From Candidatus Krumholzibacteriia bacterium (GTDB taxonomy: Bacteria > Krumholzibacteriota > Krumholzibacteriia > LZORAL124-64-63), in assembly GCA_046484865.1 (NCBI GenBank), contig JAWOID010000071.1, positions 42,012 to 106,011 on the forward strand: a DNA stretch of 64,000 nucleotides, written 5' to 3'. The notes below the pieces were generated by a model. That model searched no databases and was not told the origin of the DNA. It saw nothing but the letters and a program-made list of their open reading frames with translations. Position 1 is the first letter of the stretch. Each line of letters begins with the position of its first letter. Below are positions 30,665 to 40,617 of this stretch, in pieces. The translations under genes and the position numbers were made by a program.

Positions 30665-33286
30665 TCACTTCACGAGCGTGAGCTTCAGTGCCCGATCGCC
30701 GCCTCCTGCGCGCAGCCGCGCCAGGTAGACGCCGCTGGCCGCGGGCAGGCCGTCGTCGCCACGACCGTCCCAGTGGGCGGTCTGCTCGCCGGCCGGACGA
30801 TGCTCGCTCAGCAGCGTTCGGATGCGGCGGCCCAGAGCATCGTGGATCGCCAGTTCCACCGGCCCGGCCCTCGGGTTGTCGAAGCGCAGGGTCGTCCCCG
30901 GGTTGAACGGGTTGGGGAACGCGGCCAGGGCCGGCCGGCGCGCGGGCGTATCGTCCACGCCGGTGGTGTCGTCCAGCGTCGCCACGGACACGGTGAAATC
31001 GTCCACGTACATGCCGTCGCGCTGCACGCTGCCGTCGCTGCGCAGGAGGAAGCGGAAGCGCACGTCCGGCTGTCCCAGATACGATGCGAGGTCGACCGTG
31101 TTCAGCAACCAGTTCGACTGGCTGCCGTCGAACAGCGGCGTGCCGGCGGGCTGCTGCACGCCCTGGCCCGATCCGGCACGCGTGAACTCGGTGGCCACGT
31201 TGTCCCAGGTGACGCCGCCGTCGGTGGAGATCTGGAAGAAGGCGGCGTCCCACGACGACTCGATGCTCCATCTGGCCTGGAACGAGACCTCTGCGCCGAT
31301 CGCCTCGCCGAGATCCACCGCGGTCGCACAGACGGTGGCGAGATCGGCCCCGGACGGGTAATTGCCGCCGGGACTGTCGGTGAGACTGTTGCCGCCGTCG
31401 TAGCCATCGGGCGGAGAGGCAAGGCCCCAGTCGCCGGACCAGACGCCGGTGTCCGCGTCGAAGTCGCTGACGATCGGGTAGGCGACGACCATCGCCGCGA
31501 GCGCGAAGTCGGCGACCACGGACGCCGCGCCGATGGCGACCACCTGGCTGGCGGGCGCGTACCCGTCGCTGCGTGCGGTCAGCTCGTACTCGCCATGAAC
31601 CAGCGAGGCGGAGTAGCCGCCGCCGGGGCCGGTATCGATGGTGGCGACGAGATCGCCCATCGGATGGGTGCGCACCTCGACGGCGGCGGCCAGGCCGTTC
31701 CCCCGGAGATCGGCCACCACACCGCTGACATCGCCGTGGGCGGCCGGCTGCAACGCCACGTCCAGCACCGTGGGCGTGCCCCAGGCGGTGGTCACGCCAT
31801 ACTCGGTGTGGGTGACGTGCCCCTCGGCGCTGAACACGACGTCGTAGGTTCCCGTGTCCAGCAGCTTGTAGTAGTCGCCGTGGGCGGGATCGGTGCTCAC
31901 CGGCTGGTCGATGCCCACCACGGTGACGGTGGCCGCGAGCGGCAGCCCGCTGTCGGCTGCCGTGACGACGCCGTTCACCCCGTAGCGGGCCGCCGCGATG
32001 AAGTGCACCAGGCTCTCGCGATTGTCGTTCCAGAGGTCCTCCAGCAGCGAGGCGTCGGGCCACTTCGAGCCGTACAGTTCCACGGTGAGGTCGATGCAGC
32101 CGGTCTCGTGATACGACCAGTCCTGCAGGCTGCCCTCGACGACGTACCACTGGGCGCCGTTGGTGATCCCCTGATCGAACGGCCCGGTGTACATCGGCAG
32201 GTTGTACTGCGAGTACTCCAGCGCGAGCCGGACGATGGCCGCGTCGTCGGGCGTCAGCGCGTAGGTATGGTCCCAGGGGTAGTTCACCACGATCGCACCG
32301 CCGTGGCCGTTCTGGCTGACGACGAAATGATGCGCGAGGCCGTGATCCTTCAGCGCGATCGTCTCGACTTCCTCGGTCCAGGTGCCGTCGTCGCCGATGC
32401 TGCCGTCGGGCACCGGAAAGTTGCGGTTCAGGTCGCGGCCGTTGGCATTGTAGCGCGAGTGCGCGACGTATCCGTCCGGATTGTGCAGCGGCAGCACGTG
32501 GATCTCGTGGTCGTCCACCAGCGCCGTGACGTCCTCGAAGCCGGGCTGACCGTGGTTGTCGGTGAGGTACTCCACCAGGTTCAGCAGCATGACCATGCCG
32601 ACGGGCTCGTCGCCGTGCATGGAGCTCGAGAGCCGGATCTCGGGCTCGGCCTCGTGCTGGTCGACGTGGTCCGAGATGACCGCGCCCCACAGCTCGCGTC
32701 CCTCCACCGAGGTGCCCCAGGTGTAGGTCCGCACGAGGGTGGGATGGTCGGCGGCGGCGGCGGCGAGGATGGCGCCGATCTGCGTGTGCGTGGGGTAGTA
32801 GAAGATGTCGCCCTTGACGGGCAGGTCGACCTCCCCCGCCGCCTCGGCCGCCCACAACCGCTCGGTCTCCTCGCGCATGGCCCGCTCGAGGTCGGGAAGC
32901 GGCTGCGGTGCGTAGCCCGCGGCCTCGAGCGCCGCCCGTTCCAGCTCGGTGACCCGCGGGGTGAAGACCACCCGGTACCCCTTCGGCTCCCGCCGCACCA
33001 GCTGGATCTGTTCGCGGTGGAACGAGGCGATGGGCACCTGCTGCAGCAGCGCGTCCAGCGCCGCCTGGTCCGGCAGCTCGATCCGCACCGGCACGTCGTT
33101 CCACTGTCGCACCTGCCACCGGGGCAGACCATTGGCGTCGACGGGAATGGCGGGACCCTCGGCCCTGGAGGCACTGGATTCGCCGGCGTCGATGGAGGCG
33201 CTGGAGGCGATTGCAACATCGGTACCGACCGCGCCGGTGGCGATCAGCAGCATCGCCGCGAATCCGTGCGTCGTCGTCATCCTCAT
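30665..33286 (-). CDS. Secreted M14 zinc carboxypeptidase with regulatory-like domains and FlgD-Ig C-terminal domain
   Basis: HGDE, RYNANGRDLNRNF, GHGG, GSLQDWSY and TVEL; C-terminal PNPFNP...WDG...ASGVY. Confidence 0.92.
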   Translation of the reverse strand: MRMTTTHGFAAMLLIATGAVGTDVAIASSASIDAGESSASRAEGPAIPVDANGLPRWQVRQWNDVPVRIELPDQAALDALLQQVPIASFHREQIQLVRREPKGYRVVFTPRVTELERAALEAAGYAPQPLPDLERAMREETERLWAAEAAGEVDLPVKGDIFYYPTHTQIGAILAAAAADHPTLVRTYTWGTSVEGRELWGAVISDHVDQHEAEPEIRLSSSMHGDEPVGMVMLLNLVEYLTDNHGQPGFEDVTALVDDHEIHVLPLHNPDGYVAHSRYNANGRDLNRNFPVPDGSIGDDGTWTEEVETIALKDHGLAHHFVVSQNGHGGAIVVNYPWDHTYALTPDDAAIVRLALEYSQYNLPMYTGPFDQGITNGAQWYVVEGSLQDWSYHETGCIDLTVELYGSKWPDASLLEDLWNDNRESLVHFIAAARYGVNGVVTAADSGLPLAATVTVVGIDQPVSTDPAHGDYYKLLDTGTYDVVFSAEGHVTHTEYGVTTAWGTPTVLDVALQPAAHGDVSGVVADLRGNGLAAAVEVRTHPMGDLVATIDTGPGGGYSASLVHGEYELTARSDGYAPASQVVAIGAASVVADFALAAMVVAYPIVSDFDADTGVWSGDWGLASPPDGYDGGNSLTDSPGGNYPSGADLATVCATAVDLGEAIGAEVSFQARWSIESSWDAAFFQISTDGGVTWDNVATEFTRAGSGQGVQQPAGTPLFDGSQSNWLLNTVDLASYLGQPDVRFRFLLRSDGSVQRDGMYVDDFTVSVATLDDTTGVDDTPARRPALAAFPNPFNPGTTLRFDNPRAGPVELAIHDALGRRIRTLLSEHRPAGEQTAHWDGRGDDGLPAASGVYLARLRAGGGDRALKLTLVK

Positions 33287-33429
33287 CGGTCGCGTCCCTT
33301 CGCGGCGGAGGTCACGGCATCGGCCGGCCGACGACCGGCGGCCGGGGCACGTCGCTGCCACGGCAGGTCCAATGATACCAGCCACGCGAACGCGAGGGAA
33401 GGAGAGCGCAGTCGCGCGACGGCGGCCGG

Positions 33430-34893
33430 TCAGCCTTCGCGCAGCCGCTGCTCGAACCAGTGCCGTGTCGCGCTCCCGGCGCTTTCCTCGAGCAGTTGCA
33501 GCAGCGCGACCGTGGTCGAGACCCGCGCGTCGGCCACGCGGCGCAGGAAGGTCAGGTATTCGGCAGAGCCCAGCCGCGCCTCGAGGTCGGCCAGCAGGAC
33601 CGGCCCCTTGCCGTAGAAGACCGTCTCCGCGTCCTCGCCGCTGCGCTCGTAGCCCCAGACGGGGGCCACGGACGCCGCGGCCTCGCGCTTGCGGTCGAGC
33701 CGGCGGCGGTAAGCCTCCTGCCCGTACAGTTCCCGCACCAGCAGCAGGGCCGTGTGCTCGGCGAAGCTCTCGTTGAGCCAGTCCTCCCACGTCGTGGCTC
33801 CCGCGTTGCGCCACCACGTGTGCGCCAGTTCGTGGCCGAGATAGCGGACGTAACCCTCGCGGTTGCGCAGGTAGTCGGCGTCGACGAGCCCCGCCAGGAA
33901 GAGGGCCCCGGGCCGGGCATAGCCGCCCCCCCGTTCTCGACGCGACTCCACCAGCACCAGTCCGCCCGGCCGTGAGCCGAGCCAGCCGCTGCAGAGGCGG
34001 TGGAGCCGCGCGAGGTCCGTCAGCATCGTATCGACCGTGGCGGCTTGCAGGGCATGATGGACCACCGACACGGCGACGTCTTCGCCCGGCTCGCCCTCGC
34101 CGGCCATGCCGCCACAGGCCGGAACACGCACCTTCAGATCCGGCGCGGCCACCACCACGATGTCCGTGGTCGGCGCGACGGTGCGAAACCGCCAGCCGGC
34201 GCCGTCGCGACCGCCCTGGCCGACGGCGAAAACGGTGACGTCGTCCGGCGCCTGGACGGTCAGGTCGTAGGTGAACGGGGTGCGGTCGGGGTGGAAGGGG
34301 AACCACGGGAAGTACAGGCCCATCTCCGTCCAGTCGGCGCCGAGCACGCTGGCGTTCCACTCCGGCCAGACGGTGATGGTGCCGACGCAGGCGAAGTCCA
34401 CGGAGACCACCTGGCCAGGGGCGAGCGGCCGGGCGGGCGTGAAGACCACGCGGGTGGCCTCGGGCATGTAGCGGATCTCGCCGACCGTGGTGTCGCGCCG
34501 GCAGCTCCCGGCGACCGGCAGGGGATCCCCCGCCCGGGCCTCTCCGCCGATTTCCAGGCGAGTGACGGCGAGCTGGCGATGCAGGTAGAACTCCACCCTG
34601 TCCAGGCCCGCGGGCGGTACGACCAGACACACGGCCCCGGTGGCGGTCACGTGCCGGGCGGCCGGGTTCACATCCAGGTGGATCTCGTAATGGACATCGG
34701 CCACCGGCAGCGAGGTCGGCGCGGCCGGCGCCCGGACGCCGTCACCCGCCGCCGCGACCGGCGCGCTCCCGCCCGCGCCGGCCGCGGCCAGGCATGCGGT
34801 CGCCAGGCATGCGGTCGCCAGGCATGTCATCGTCAGCGCGGCGCCGCGACGACCCGCCGCCGGCCATTCAGGTGGAAGCATTCGCCCCTCCAT
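33430..34893 (-). CDS. Secreted M1-like (gluzincin) aminopeptidase
   Basis: HELAH-x(n)-WLNESFAE and YGKG; hydrophobic N-terminus. Confidence 0.82.
   Translation of the reverse strand: MEGRMLPPEWPAAGRRGAALTMTCLATACLATACLAAAGAGGSAPVAAAGDGVRAPAAPTSLPVADVHYEIHLDVNPAARHVTATGAVCLVVPPAGLDRVEFYLHRQLAVTRLEIGGEARAGDPLPVAGSCRRDTTVGEIRYMPEATRVVFTPARPLAPGQVVSVDFACVGTITVWPEWNASVLGADWTEMGLYFPWFPFHPDRTPFTYDLTVQAPDDVTVFAVGQGGRDGAGWRFRTVAPTTDIVVVAAPDLKVRVPACGGMAGEGEPGEDVAVSVVHHALQAATVDTMLTDLARLHRLCSGWLGSRPGGLVLVESRRERGGGYARPGALFLAGLVDADYLRNREGYVRYLGHELAHTWWRNAGATTWEDWLNESFAEHTALLLVRELYGQEAYRRRLDRKREAAASVAPVWGYERSGEDAETVFYGKGPVLLADLEARLGSAEYLTFLRRVADARVSTTVALLQLLEESAGSATRHWFEQRLREG
34787..34826. repeat. Perfect 15-bp tandem repeat in the signal-peptide coding region
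   Basis: (GCCAGGCATGCGGTC)2 GCCAGGCATG; encodes CLATA-CLATA-CLA. Confidence 0.9.
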
Positions 34894-35037
34894 GCGCCAT
34901 CCCTCCCTCTGCCCCTTGCCTCGGGGTCGCGACGTCGCGGTCAGGTGAAGCACCTACGCACGAGGGCCGACGGCGGTTGCGCCGAGGAGCTCCGCCGCGG
35001 GGCAGACGCCCGTGAAGGGCCCCCCATCAGCGGCGAT

Positions 35038-35535
35038 CTAGCCGAGTATGCCGGGATTGAGCTGCCAGATCGCGAAGTTCAGGGCCGCGGCGAAGGTCAC
35101 CCACACCAGGTAGGGGACCAGCAACGCCCCGGCCAGCGGACGCAGGCGCCAGAAGGCGATCATCGTCAGCGAGATCAGAGTCCACAGCAGCAGGATGTCG
35201 GCGAAGGCCGCCGCGCCGAGTCGCCAGCCGAAGAAGAGCCAGCTCCACAGCGCGTTCACCGCGAGTTGCACCAGGAACAGGCCGAGTGGGGTTCGTGCGG
35301 CACGAAAGCCGTCGACACGCCAGACCAGCCAGGCCGCGACCCCCATGAGGGCGTACAGCACCGTCCAGACCGGGCCGAACACCGACGACGGCGGCGCCCA
35401 ATCCGGACGTGCGAGAAGCGAGTAGAACGATCCGGCCCCGGCAGTGGCGACGGCACCGATGGCCGCAGCGGCGAAGCTGACCAGAAGCCACGCTGCGAGC
35501 CCGATGAACTGCGTGTGCCCGGCGATCCGGCTCAT
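35038..35535 (-). CDS. tspO: TspO/MBR tryptophan-rich sensory protein
   Basis: PDWAPPSSVFGPVWTVLY, NALWSWLFFG and LVPYLVWVTFAAALN. Confidence 0.95.
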   Translation of the reverse strand: MSRIAGHTQFIGLAAWLLVSFAAAAIGAVATAGAGSFYSLLARPDWAPPSSVFGPVWTVLYALMGVAAWLVWRVDGFRAARTPLGLFLVQLAVNALWSWLFFGWRLGAAAFADILLLWTLISLTMIAFWRLRPLAGALLVPYLVWVTFAAALNFAIWQLNPGILG

Positions 35536-35593
35536 CCTGAACCTCCTCGTCCGGAGTGCCGCGGTTCGGCCGGAGCCGGACCGACCGCCGGAC

Positions 35594-35627
35594 GAGCGGC
35601 TCCGCCACCGTCGTGACGGAGCCGCTC
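35594..35627 (-). terminator. Stem-loop downstream of the C25 peptidase gene
   Basis: GAGCGGCTCCG...CGGAGCCGCTC 11-bp perfect stem, extendable to 15 bp with one G-U pair on the minus strand; no U-tract. Confidence 0.5.
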
Positions 35628-35657
35628 CCACCGCCGGTCATGCACCGCGACGCCCGC

Positions 35658-38600
35658 TCACCTGACCAGCATCATCTTGGCGGTTCGCGTCTCGCCGCCC
35701 GCCTGCAGCCGGTACACATAGGTGCCGCTGGGGACCGCGCGCCCGGCGGCGTCGCAGCCCTGCCAGGTCACGGAATGATGGCCGGCGTCCAGCGACCCGT
35801 TCGCCAGGGTGGCCACCAGTCGGCCGCGCAGATCGAACACCTGCAGGTCCACCCGGCCGCGCACCGGCACGGCGAAGGTGATCGTCGTCGACGGATTGAA
35901 CGGGTTGGGATGGTTGCCTTCCAGCATCACGGCCCGCGGCGCCCGATCCTCGATCCCCACCACCACCGCGTAGGTCAGACGCACGCACCATTCGTTCAGT
36001 GCGCCGACGTCTCCGCCGGCTCCATCGGATACGGTGAGCGTCCAGTCACCCTGCATCTCCTCGCCGATCAGCAGGTCCAGATCGCCCGCCGGGGTCAAGG
36101 TCGCGGGGTACCAGCCGACCAGGTCGTCGGCGCTGCCGCCGGAGCGAGCGTGCAGGACCACGTCCGTGCCGCGGGCCGACGTCAGCGTGACGGTGAGGTC
36201 GCCGATGTAAGTGTGGGTGATGTCCACCCAAACCTCGACGGCGGTGATGATGTGCGCATCGGGACAGCCGACCACGTCGATGAAGGTCTGGTGGTCGCCG
36301 ATCGGTGCGCCGGGACTGCTGCACGCCTCCACGGTGGCCACCGGCGAGAGCTGCAGGTCCACCCCGGTCAGGTGCTCGCCATCAACCAGGGTCACGTCGG
36401 TCCGGGCCGTCGACCAGCCCGCCATCGAGGCCGTGATCGCATAGCTGCCGGCGAACAGTCCGTCCAGGGTATAGCTGCCGTCGGAGTCGGTGACGGTGGT
36501 GCCGCCTCCCGGCACGGCCGCCACGGTGATGCCGGCGTGGACCGACTGGCCGGCGAGCGTGACGGTGCCGGACACCGACGCGGTCCCGAGTTCATCGGCC
36601 AGCAGCCAGTGGACGGCGTTCTCCAGCAGTTCGATGCGCTGCGCGCCCGCGGCCAGGTAGTTGAAGGTGAAGTACACGATCTGCCCGCCATCCGGCACGG
36701 GGTTCGGGTCGTAGCAGATGACGCTCGCTTCCGAGGGATAGTTGGACCAGGACGCGACCTGCACCGCGTCGGGCAGCGGCACCATGCCGTCGGAGTCGCC
36801 GTAGCCGGAGTACGCCAGCGAGATCTGTCCGCTCAGCACGTTGGGAACGTTCACCACGCGGTGATCGGTGACGTCGATGGTGACCTGCCCGCAACCGTCG
36901 TGGTTCCAGTCGTCGGTATGCATCACGTGGGCGGCGAAGTCGCCGGTCTGGTAGTGATTGTAGCCCAACTCGCCGCCCTCGAGCAGGAGGTGGCCCCCCG
37001 CCTGAGCGAAGGTCACCAGCGCCGATTTCAGCGCGGCGTTCCGGAGCGTCGCGGTATTCCCACCGCAGCTCAGGATGACCAGATCGTGATCCCAGAAGAC
37101 GGCCGGATCCACCGCCCCGGCGGCGACGACCGTCACGTAGTAGCCCATCGCCTCGAGATCCAGGCGCAGCTGGTCGGCGCTCTTGCCGGCGGACGGCAGA
37201 TACTCCGGCGCGATCAGCTCACCGGTCTTCTCGTCGTACTTGGCCGGCACAGCCGTCGCGGCCGCCGCGCCACCGTCATCCACGATCAGCAGGTCGCCGG
37301 TGGTGGGCTCGAGGATGAAGTCCTTGATCACCGCCGGATCCTCCAGGGTCAGCGCGATCGTCACCGGCACGTGATGGGGAGCCCGGGCCTGCAACTGGTA
37401 CGTGAAGTACGGCAACGGTCCGGTGACGTAATCGCCATTCGCGTCGCTCACCGCCTCGTCGTACAGCTCACCGGTGTCGCTGCGGTACACGCGCACGGTT
37501 CCGACCAGGCCGGCGCTGGTCGCGCTGTCGGTGAGGCGACCGCTGAGGACGCCGCTGGGCGCCGGCACCAGCGCGATGTCCAGCGTGTTGGCGCCGCATC
37601 TCACGAAGTACGGCGCTTCGTGGTGCAGGTAGCCGAAGTGGTCCACCACCACGGTGTGATCGCCCACCAGCAGGTCGTCGGGCACCGTCCAGGCGCCCGA
37701 CCCGTCGGTGGTGACGCTGAACGTCTCGCTCATGGCGGCGTCGAGGCCGGTGACCACCACTCCGGCCAGCGGCGCTCCTCCACTCGTCACGGTTCCGCTC
37801 AGGGTGCCGTGGGCCTCGATGACGTCGAACGCCTCGCTGTACAGATCGTGACCGCCGACGGCGATGATGCCGGTCACCTGGCCCAGCTGCGCGGGCGTGA
37901 GGGTGAGCGCAGCCTCGGTGGTGGACAGCAGCGAGCCGTCGGGCAGACGCGCGTACAGCGTGTGGCCGGTCTCTCCGACCGAGGCCTGCAGGGTGCCCGG
38001 CAGGTCGAGCGCGAAGGCATCGCTCAGGCCGAAGTCCGTGCTCACCGCCAGATCCGGGCTGGTCAACGGCAGCGCCGTGACGGTCACCGGCTCCGTGAAC
38101 AGACGGTAGGTCTCGGCGGGGTCCTGCCCCACGATGTCGAGGCTGGGACCGTAAGCGTAGTTGACGGTGATCACGGCCACGCCACCGGCATCGGTCGTCA
38201 CCGCCGCGGTCTGGTAATCGAGTCCCTCGGCCCACACCTCGATGCCCGGCTGCGGGTTCATACCCGTGGCGTCCAGGACCGTGACGGTGATGTCGGTGGT
38301 CGTGTTCGCCGGGATCGTGGTGGGATCGATGAGCACCGTGGCCGGCACGATCACGTCGAGATCCGTCACGTAGGGCTCGCGGTTCTGCGCCATGACCACC
38401 AGGTGCAGGGGCACGCCGGGCGTGAGGGTGCGCAGGTAGGTGACGGCCACGCTCCCGGCGTCGTCCACCGTGCCTGCGCCCACCAGCTCGCCGCCCTGCG
38501 TGAGGCCGACATAGCTGCCGGCGGCCGCCCCGATCGCGATCTCCGTCTGGCCCGCGAGCACCGTGGCAGGATGCGTCACCGGGTTGGTCGCCGGCACGCC

Positions 38601-40415
38601 CAGGTAGGTGGAGAGGCTCGGGTCGCCCATCAGGTTGTAGATGTTCCAGTAGTACGTGGTACGGCTGGAGCCGGACTCGTGGACCGCCAGGTTGCCGGCG
38701 AAGATGATGGCGTCGTTGGTGACGTACCACTGCGCGGCCGCCTCGCCGTGGTCGTGGAAGACGCCGTCGTAAGCGCCCAGACCCGTGGACGCGTAGGGCC
38801 ACGCCGTACCGTCGATCTCGCCGGCCGGATGGAAGCCCACGCCCCACCAGTAATCCTCGTCCCAGTAGGTGGAATTGGAGCCGCCGATGTAGCCGACGGA
38901 TCCCTTGTTCGCAGCGCGCAGCCAGGTCTCGGCGAAGCATTCCGGCTCGTCATAGGTCGACGTCACGCAGCAATTGCCGACCGCCAGGCAGTACTTCCCG
39001 GCGTTGGTCAGGCCGTTGACGTTCGCCTGGGTGAAGCTCGGATCGGCCCAGCTGGTGACCGATCCGTGCGCGGTGTAGTTGATGTACGCCACGCCGTCGC
39101 TCACGTGCTGGACGATCTCACCCTCCACCGGGCCGCTGCTCGTCGGGTAGAGGTAAGTGTGGCTGAGCAACCCGTGGGCGGCATTGAAGTAGTGCTCGGT
39201 GCCGTAGTTGATCTGACCGTTGCCGTGCGTGGGCGCCCAGGTGGCGTCCACGCCCGCGATCATCACCACCTCGTCCAGGTAGCTCGGGTCCGGCATCGTG
39301 AACCGGTCGTACATCAGCGTCTTGTCGATGATCGCCTGGAGCTGGGCGGTACTGGTGGCGCTGAAGCGGCCGTAGTAGATGTCCGGCACCAGGTCGCCGT
39401 CCACCGCGCAGTAGGGCCGGTCGGTGGCGTCGCCGCTGAGGGTGAAGGTGGGACACTGGGCCACGTCGCCCACGAAGAGCGCGAAGCTGGGCGCCGGCTG
39501 CTCGGGGGTGGCGCCGTTGTACAGTCCATGGATGTAGCTCTGGATGCTGGTGGTGGTCGATCCGACCGCCGGGGTGCCGATCACGCCCACGATCACGCGG
39601 AATCCGCGCAGGGTCTTCCAGGCGATGAATTCCTGGAGCGTCGCCTCGAACTCGGGCGGCGTGATGATCACCATCGTCACGACGTCGGCCACACGGTCGG
39701 GATGGGAGTCGTGCAGGCCCTTCGCGCCGGCGAGCCGGTCGTAGAGCGGCTCGAAGAAGGGGCTCCAGGTGCGGGCGATCAGGTCCTGCTGCGCCATCTG
39801 GTCGCCGCCACGGAAACGCACCGTCACCTCGAAGCTCTCGGCCACCTCGATCTCGCCCGACTGCGGGAAGTAGGTGACCGGCGCCAGCTCGAGCCGCCCG
39901 AAGCGGACGGCGCGCAGCGTGGACTCGCCCGCGAGCACGGCGAGCGGACGGCTCACGAGCGCCTTCTGGTAGGCGGCGCGATCCAGCACGAACGGCACCT
40001 GGGCCGGATCCTGGCTCTTGGAGACGCTCGGTTGCGCCGGCATCAGCGGGTGCCGCACGCCGAGGTCGCTCAGGAGATAGCGGCGCGTCTGCACGGCGCT
40101 CACCTCGATGTCGACCTCGGCTCCCAGCGGCAGCGCGATCAGCCGGTTCATCATGGGCAGCTCCGGAGCGCCGACGTCGTGGGAGCTGTGGAAGCCGGGG
40201 ATCAGGAGCCGCGTGTAATCGCCCTCGGACGTGGTCACGTCCATGGCGCCCAGTTCGCCGACCCGCACGCGGAACGACAGTCCGCCCGGGCTCGCGGAGG
40301 TGAGCACGACCTCGCTGACCGCCTCCGACAGCTCGACCGGGCGGACGTCGGCCGACGCGTCCGGGGCGACGACGAGAAGCAGCCCGATCACGAGGAGGAT
40401 TGATGGCTTCCGCAT
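35658..40415 (-). CDS. C25 (gingipain) cysteine peptidase with propeptide, accessory beta domains, P-proprotein domain and FlgD-Ig C-terminal domain
   Basis: Propeptide (GAPELP); NYTAHGS (His), VGNCC (Cys), NLMGDPS; ITHTYIGDL P-domain; PNPFNP C-terminal domain. Confidence 0.93.
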   Translation of the reverse strand: MRKPSILLVIGLLLVVAPDASADVRPVELSEAVSEVVLTSASPGGLSFRVRVGELGAMDVTTSEGDYTRLLIPGFHSSHDVGAPELPMMNRLIALPLGAEVDIEVSAVQTRRYLLSDLGVRHPLMPAQPSVSKSQDPAQVPFVLDRAAYQKALVSRPLAVLAGESTLRAVRFGRLELAPVTYFPQSGEIEVAESFEVTVRFRGGDQMAQQDLIARTWSPFFEPLYDRLAGAKGLHDSHPDRVADVVTMVIITPPEFEATLQEFIAWKTLRGFRVIVGVIGTPAVGSTTTSIQSYIHGLYNGATPEQPAPSFALFVGDVAQCPTFTLSGDATDRPYCAVDGDLVPDIYYGRFSATSTAQLQAIIDKTLMYDRFTMPDPSYLDEVVMIAGVDATWAPTHGNGQINYGTEHYFNAAHGLLSHTYLYPTSSGPVEGEIVQHVSDGVAYINYTAHGSVTSWADPSFTQANVNGLTNAGKYCLAVGNCCVTSTYDEPECFAETWLRAANKGSVGYIGGSNSTYWDEDYWWGVGFHPAGEIDGTAWPYASTGLGAYDGVFHDHGEAAAQWYVTNDAIIFAGNLAVHESGSSRTTYYWNIYNLMGDPSLSTYLGVPATNPVTHPATVLAGQTEIAIGAAAGSYVGLTQGGELVGAGTVDDAGSVAVTYLRTLTPGVPLHLVVMAQNREPYVTDLDVIVPATVLIDPTTIPANTTTDITVTVLDATGMNPQPGIEVWAEGLDYQTAAVTTDAGGVAVITVNYAYGPSLDIVGQDPAETYRLFTEPVTVTALPLTSPDLAVSTDFGLSDAFALDLPGTLQASVGETGHTLYARLPDGSLLSTTEAALTLTPAQLGQVTGIIAVGGHDLYSEAFDVIEAHGTLSGTVTSGGAPLAGVVVTGLDAAMSETFSVTTDGSGAWTVPDDLLVGDHTVVVDHFGYLHHEAPYFVRCGANTLDIALVPAPSGVLSGRLTDSATSAGLVGTVRVYRSDTGELYDEAVSDANGDYVTGPLPYFTYQLQARAPHHVPVTIALTLEDPAVIKDFILEPTTGDLLIVDDGGAAAATAVPAKYDEKTGELIAPEYLPSAGKSADQLRLDLEAMGYYVTVVAAGAVDPAVFWDHDLVILSCGGNTATLRNAALKSALVTFAQAGGHLLLEGGELGYNHYQTGDFAAHVMHTDDWNHDGCGQVTIDVTDHRVVNVPNVLSGQISLAYSGYGDSDGMVPLPDAVQVASWSNYPSEASVICYDPNPVPDGGQIVYFTFNYLAAGAQRIELLENAVHWLLADELGTASVSGTVTLAGQSVHAGITVAAVPGGGTTVTDSDGSYTLDGLFAGSYAITASMAGWSTARTDVTLVDGEHLTGVDLQLSPVATVEACSSPGAPIGDHQTFIDVVGCPDAHIITAVEVWVDITHTYIGDLTVTLTSARGTDVVLHARSGGSADDLVGWYPATLTPAGDLDLLIGEEMQGDWTLTVSDGAGGDVGALNEWCVRLTYAVVVGIEDRAPRAVMLEGNHPNPFNPSTTITFAVPVRGRVDLQVFDLRGRLVATLANGSLDAGHHSVTWQGCDAAGRAVPSGTYVYRLQAGGETRTAKMMLVR

Positions 40416-40617
40416 GGGGTGTCCCTTTCGCCATACGATGGGTCCCCGCGGCGCCAGGAACGATCTTCCTCCCGGGCGTCGCGCGGTACGGGATCGGAGA
40501 TGTCAATATCTTAACATGGATCGCGGGCCCGGAAGACCCGGGAATCGTCCGTGGTGAGCCCGGGGCCAAGCGGACATTTGCCGCACCCCCGCTACGGTCG
40601 CTCATCAATGATGCGGC

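Noticed and set aside
30665..34630. 1321-aa extended version of the M14 ORF
   Set aside because: The N-terminal part is an off-frame read of the upstream M1-like gene; the signal peptide begins at 33286.
35556..40403. 1615-aa plus-strand ORF
   Set aside because: Antisense shadow of the C25 peptidase gene; no motifs.
40501..40506. TTGACA on the minus strand upstream of the C25 gene as a -35 box
   Set aside because: No -10 hexamer at 16-18 nt spacing. The adjacent TGTTAAGAT may be an extended -10 instead, but support is too weak to call.
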